Positions 62,851 to 64,000 of a stretch of 64,000 bases of DNA are shown here, one piece after another. Under the pieces are notes generated by a model. It was not told the origin of the DNA, did not search any database, and saw only the letters and a program-made list of their open reading frames with translations. Made by a program: the position numbers and the translations under genes. Source of the DNA: an uncultured Chloroflexia bacterium (GTDB lineage Bacteria > Chloroflexota > Limnocylindria > Limnocylindrales > CSP1-4); the NCBI GenBank assembly GCA_963731995.1, contig CAVSXV010000013.1:227310-291309 (forward strand), read 5' to 3'. Each line of letters opens with the position of its first letter. Within the stretch, counting starts at the first letter, position 1.

Positions 62851-63784
62851 TCAGGGCTGGCCAGCCTCCGGATCGGGCAAGGACCTCCCGGCGATGCCGA
62901 TGGGCGCCAGCGGGCGCCAGGCCTCGACCGGTCCGGCACCCGCGAAGATCTCCGGATAGCACAGCTCAGCGAGCACCGCGATGCCTTCGACCACGCGCGG
63001 GCCGGGTCGGTCGAAGAGGCCTGCGCCATCGACCGCGAAGAACTCACCGTCGCGGACGGCCGACAGCTCGTCGAACCAGGGCGGCAGCGCTGCCGACTCG
63101 AGGGCCGCCTCGGCGCCGGCGGCATCCGTATCTCGTAACGCCAGCACCAGCACCTGCGGATCGACCTCCTGCACCTGCTGCCAGGTGGTGGGTGTCGCCG
63201 CGTCCCCTTCCCTGCCGAGCAGCTCCCAGCCACCGGCACGACGGACCATCTCGGGTACCCAGCGGCCCGCAGCACACAAGGGGTCGAGGTTCTCGATGAC
63301 CACCACGCGTCGCATCGCGGGCCCGAAGCCGATGTCGATGGCACCGAGGCGCTCACGCAGCATCTCGACCAGACCGACGGCCTCGTACTCCGATTCGGTG
63401 TAGGCCCCGACCGTGGAGACGCTGTTGAGGATGCCCTCGACGGTGTGGGCGGCGAGCGCCACCAGCGTGGTCTCGTGGGCCATGCCACCGACGACATCGC
63501 TGACCTCGCCGTAGTCCACGACCGGACGGTCCTCCGAGCCATCGGTGAGCACGAGGTCGGGCTCGAGCTTGGCCAGGAGGGCGCCATCGAGCGAGCGTTC
63601 GGAGCCATCGGGATCGGGCCACGGTCACGATCGGCACATCGAGCGCCTCGGCGGGATAATCGCAGCGGTGCGTCCGGCCCACGAGCTCGTTCCCGAGGCC
63701 CAGGGCATAGACGATCTCGGTGGCGGATGGCGTGAGGGAGACGATGCGCATGGCCCGGCCATCGTCCCACGCCTCGAGCGACAT
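62851..63784 (-). pseudogene. BtuF/FhuD-like periplasmic binding protein (cobalamin/siderophore type), split by a 1-nt frameshift
   Basis: Frame A: MRIVSLTPSATEIVYALGLGNELVGRTHRCDYP..DVPIVTVA. Frame B continues DPDGSERSLDGALLAKLEPDLVLTDGSEDRPVV..VVVIENLDPLCAAGRWVPEMV. The junction is near 63610-63623. The start is ATG 63784 or 63751. Confidence 0.65.
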
Positions 63785-63831
63785 GTCCCACGATGGTGCG
63801 GGGCTCAGGAGCGATGCAGTAGGCTTCGGCC

Positions 63832-64000
63832 ATGACCGCAGCCGCGGTCGATGTCCACGAGGTCTGGAAGCGCTACGGCGACACGGACGTGGTCATCGAC
63901 CTCTCCTTCGACGCGCAGCCCGGCGAGGTGCTCGGCTTCCTCGGTCCCAACGGCTCCGGCAAGACCACCACCATGCGCATGATCCTCGACATCGTGCGCC
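63832..64000 (+). CDS. ABC transporter ATP-binding protein (ABC-2 type), partial, runs off the right edge
   Basis: Hand translation from ATG 63832: [56 protein letters not shown] (Walker A). Confidence 0.8.
   Translation, partial: MTAAAVDVHEVWKRYGDTDVVIDLSFDAQPGEVLGFLGPNGSGKTTTMRMILDIVR

Overview
High-GC, densely coding chromosomal segment. It looks Actinomycetota-like: F420-type enzymes, a SenX3/RegX3-like pair, and 11-nt PHO-box repeats. I support about 65 protein genes and saw no rRNA, tRNA, CRISPR array, transposase or integrase. Most long extra ORFs in the track are antisense artefacts of the GC bias. Main content, left to right:
- etfB (partial), two tandem GT2 glycosyltransferases, citrate synthase, pncA, an EamA transporter.
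- A repeat-filled 0.5-kb spacer in front of a nucleotide cyclase-STAND-TPR giant gene.
- DUF72 and Dps.
- A 10-gene, translationally coupled bacterial microcompartment (BMC) operon at 10749-17115. It encodes a SorC regulator, RpiB, DERA, an acylating aldehyde dehydrogenase, 1 BMC-H, 2 BMC-T and 3 BMC-P.
- A P-type ATPase.
- A ~26-kb phosphate/polyphosphate neighbourhood: PPK2, Ppx/GppA, DUF971-Ppk1-CYTH/CHAD, a PHO box with pstSCAB-phoU-arsC, SixA, and a PAS kinase/OmpR regulator. An arcCBA-peptidase block is embedded in it.
- gltX, upp, a PfkB kinase, an SDR, a MetE-like gene.
- An aminotransferase plus NitT/TauT-type ABC importer operon.
- F420-type enzymes, proC, and two methyltransferases.

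The most interesting item is the BMC operon. It looks like the bioinformatically defined sugar-phosphate-utilising (SPU) class but has no phosphotransacylase or alcohol dehydrogenase anywhere in the window. Its DERA carries an N-terminal targeting-helix-like segment plus a CX2CX3CX3C motif. Three genes show single-nucleotide frameshifts at short G/C runs, which means either assembly errors or pseudogenes.
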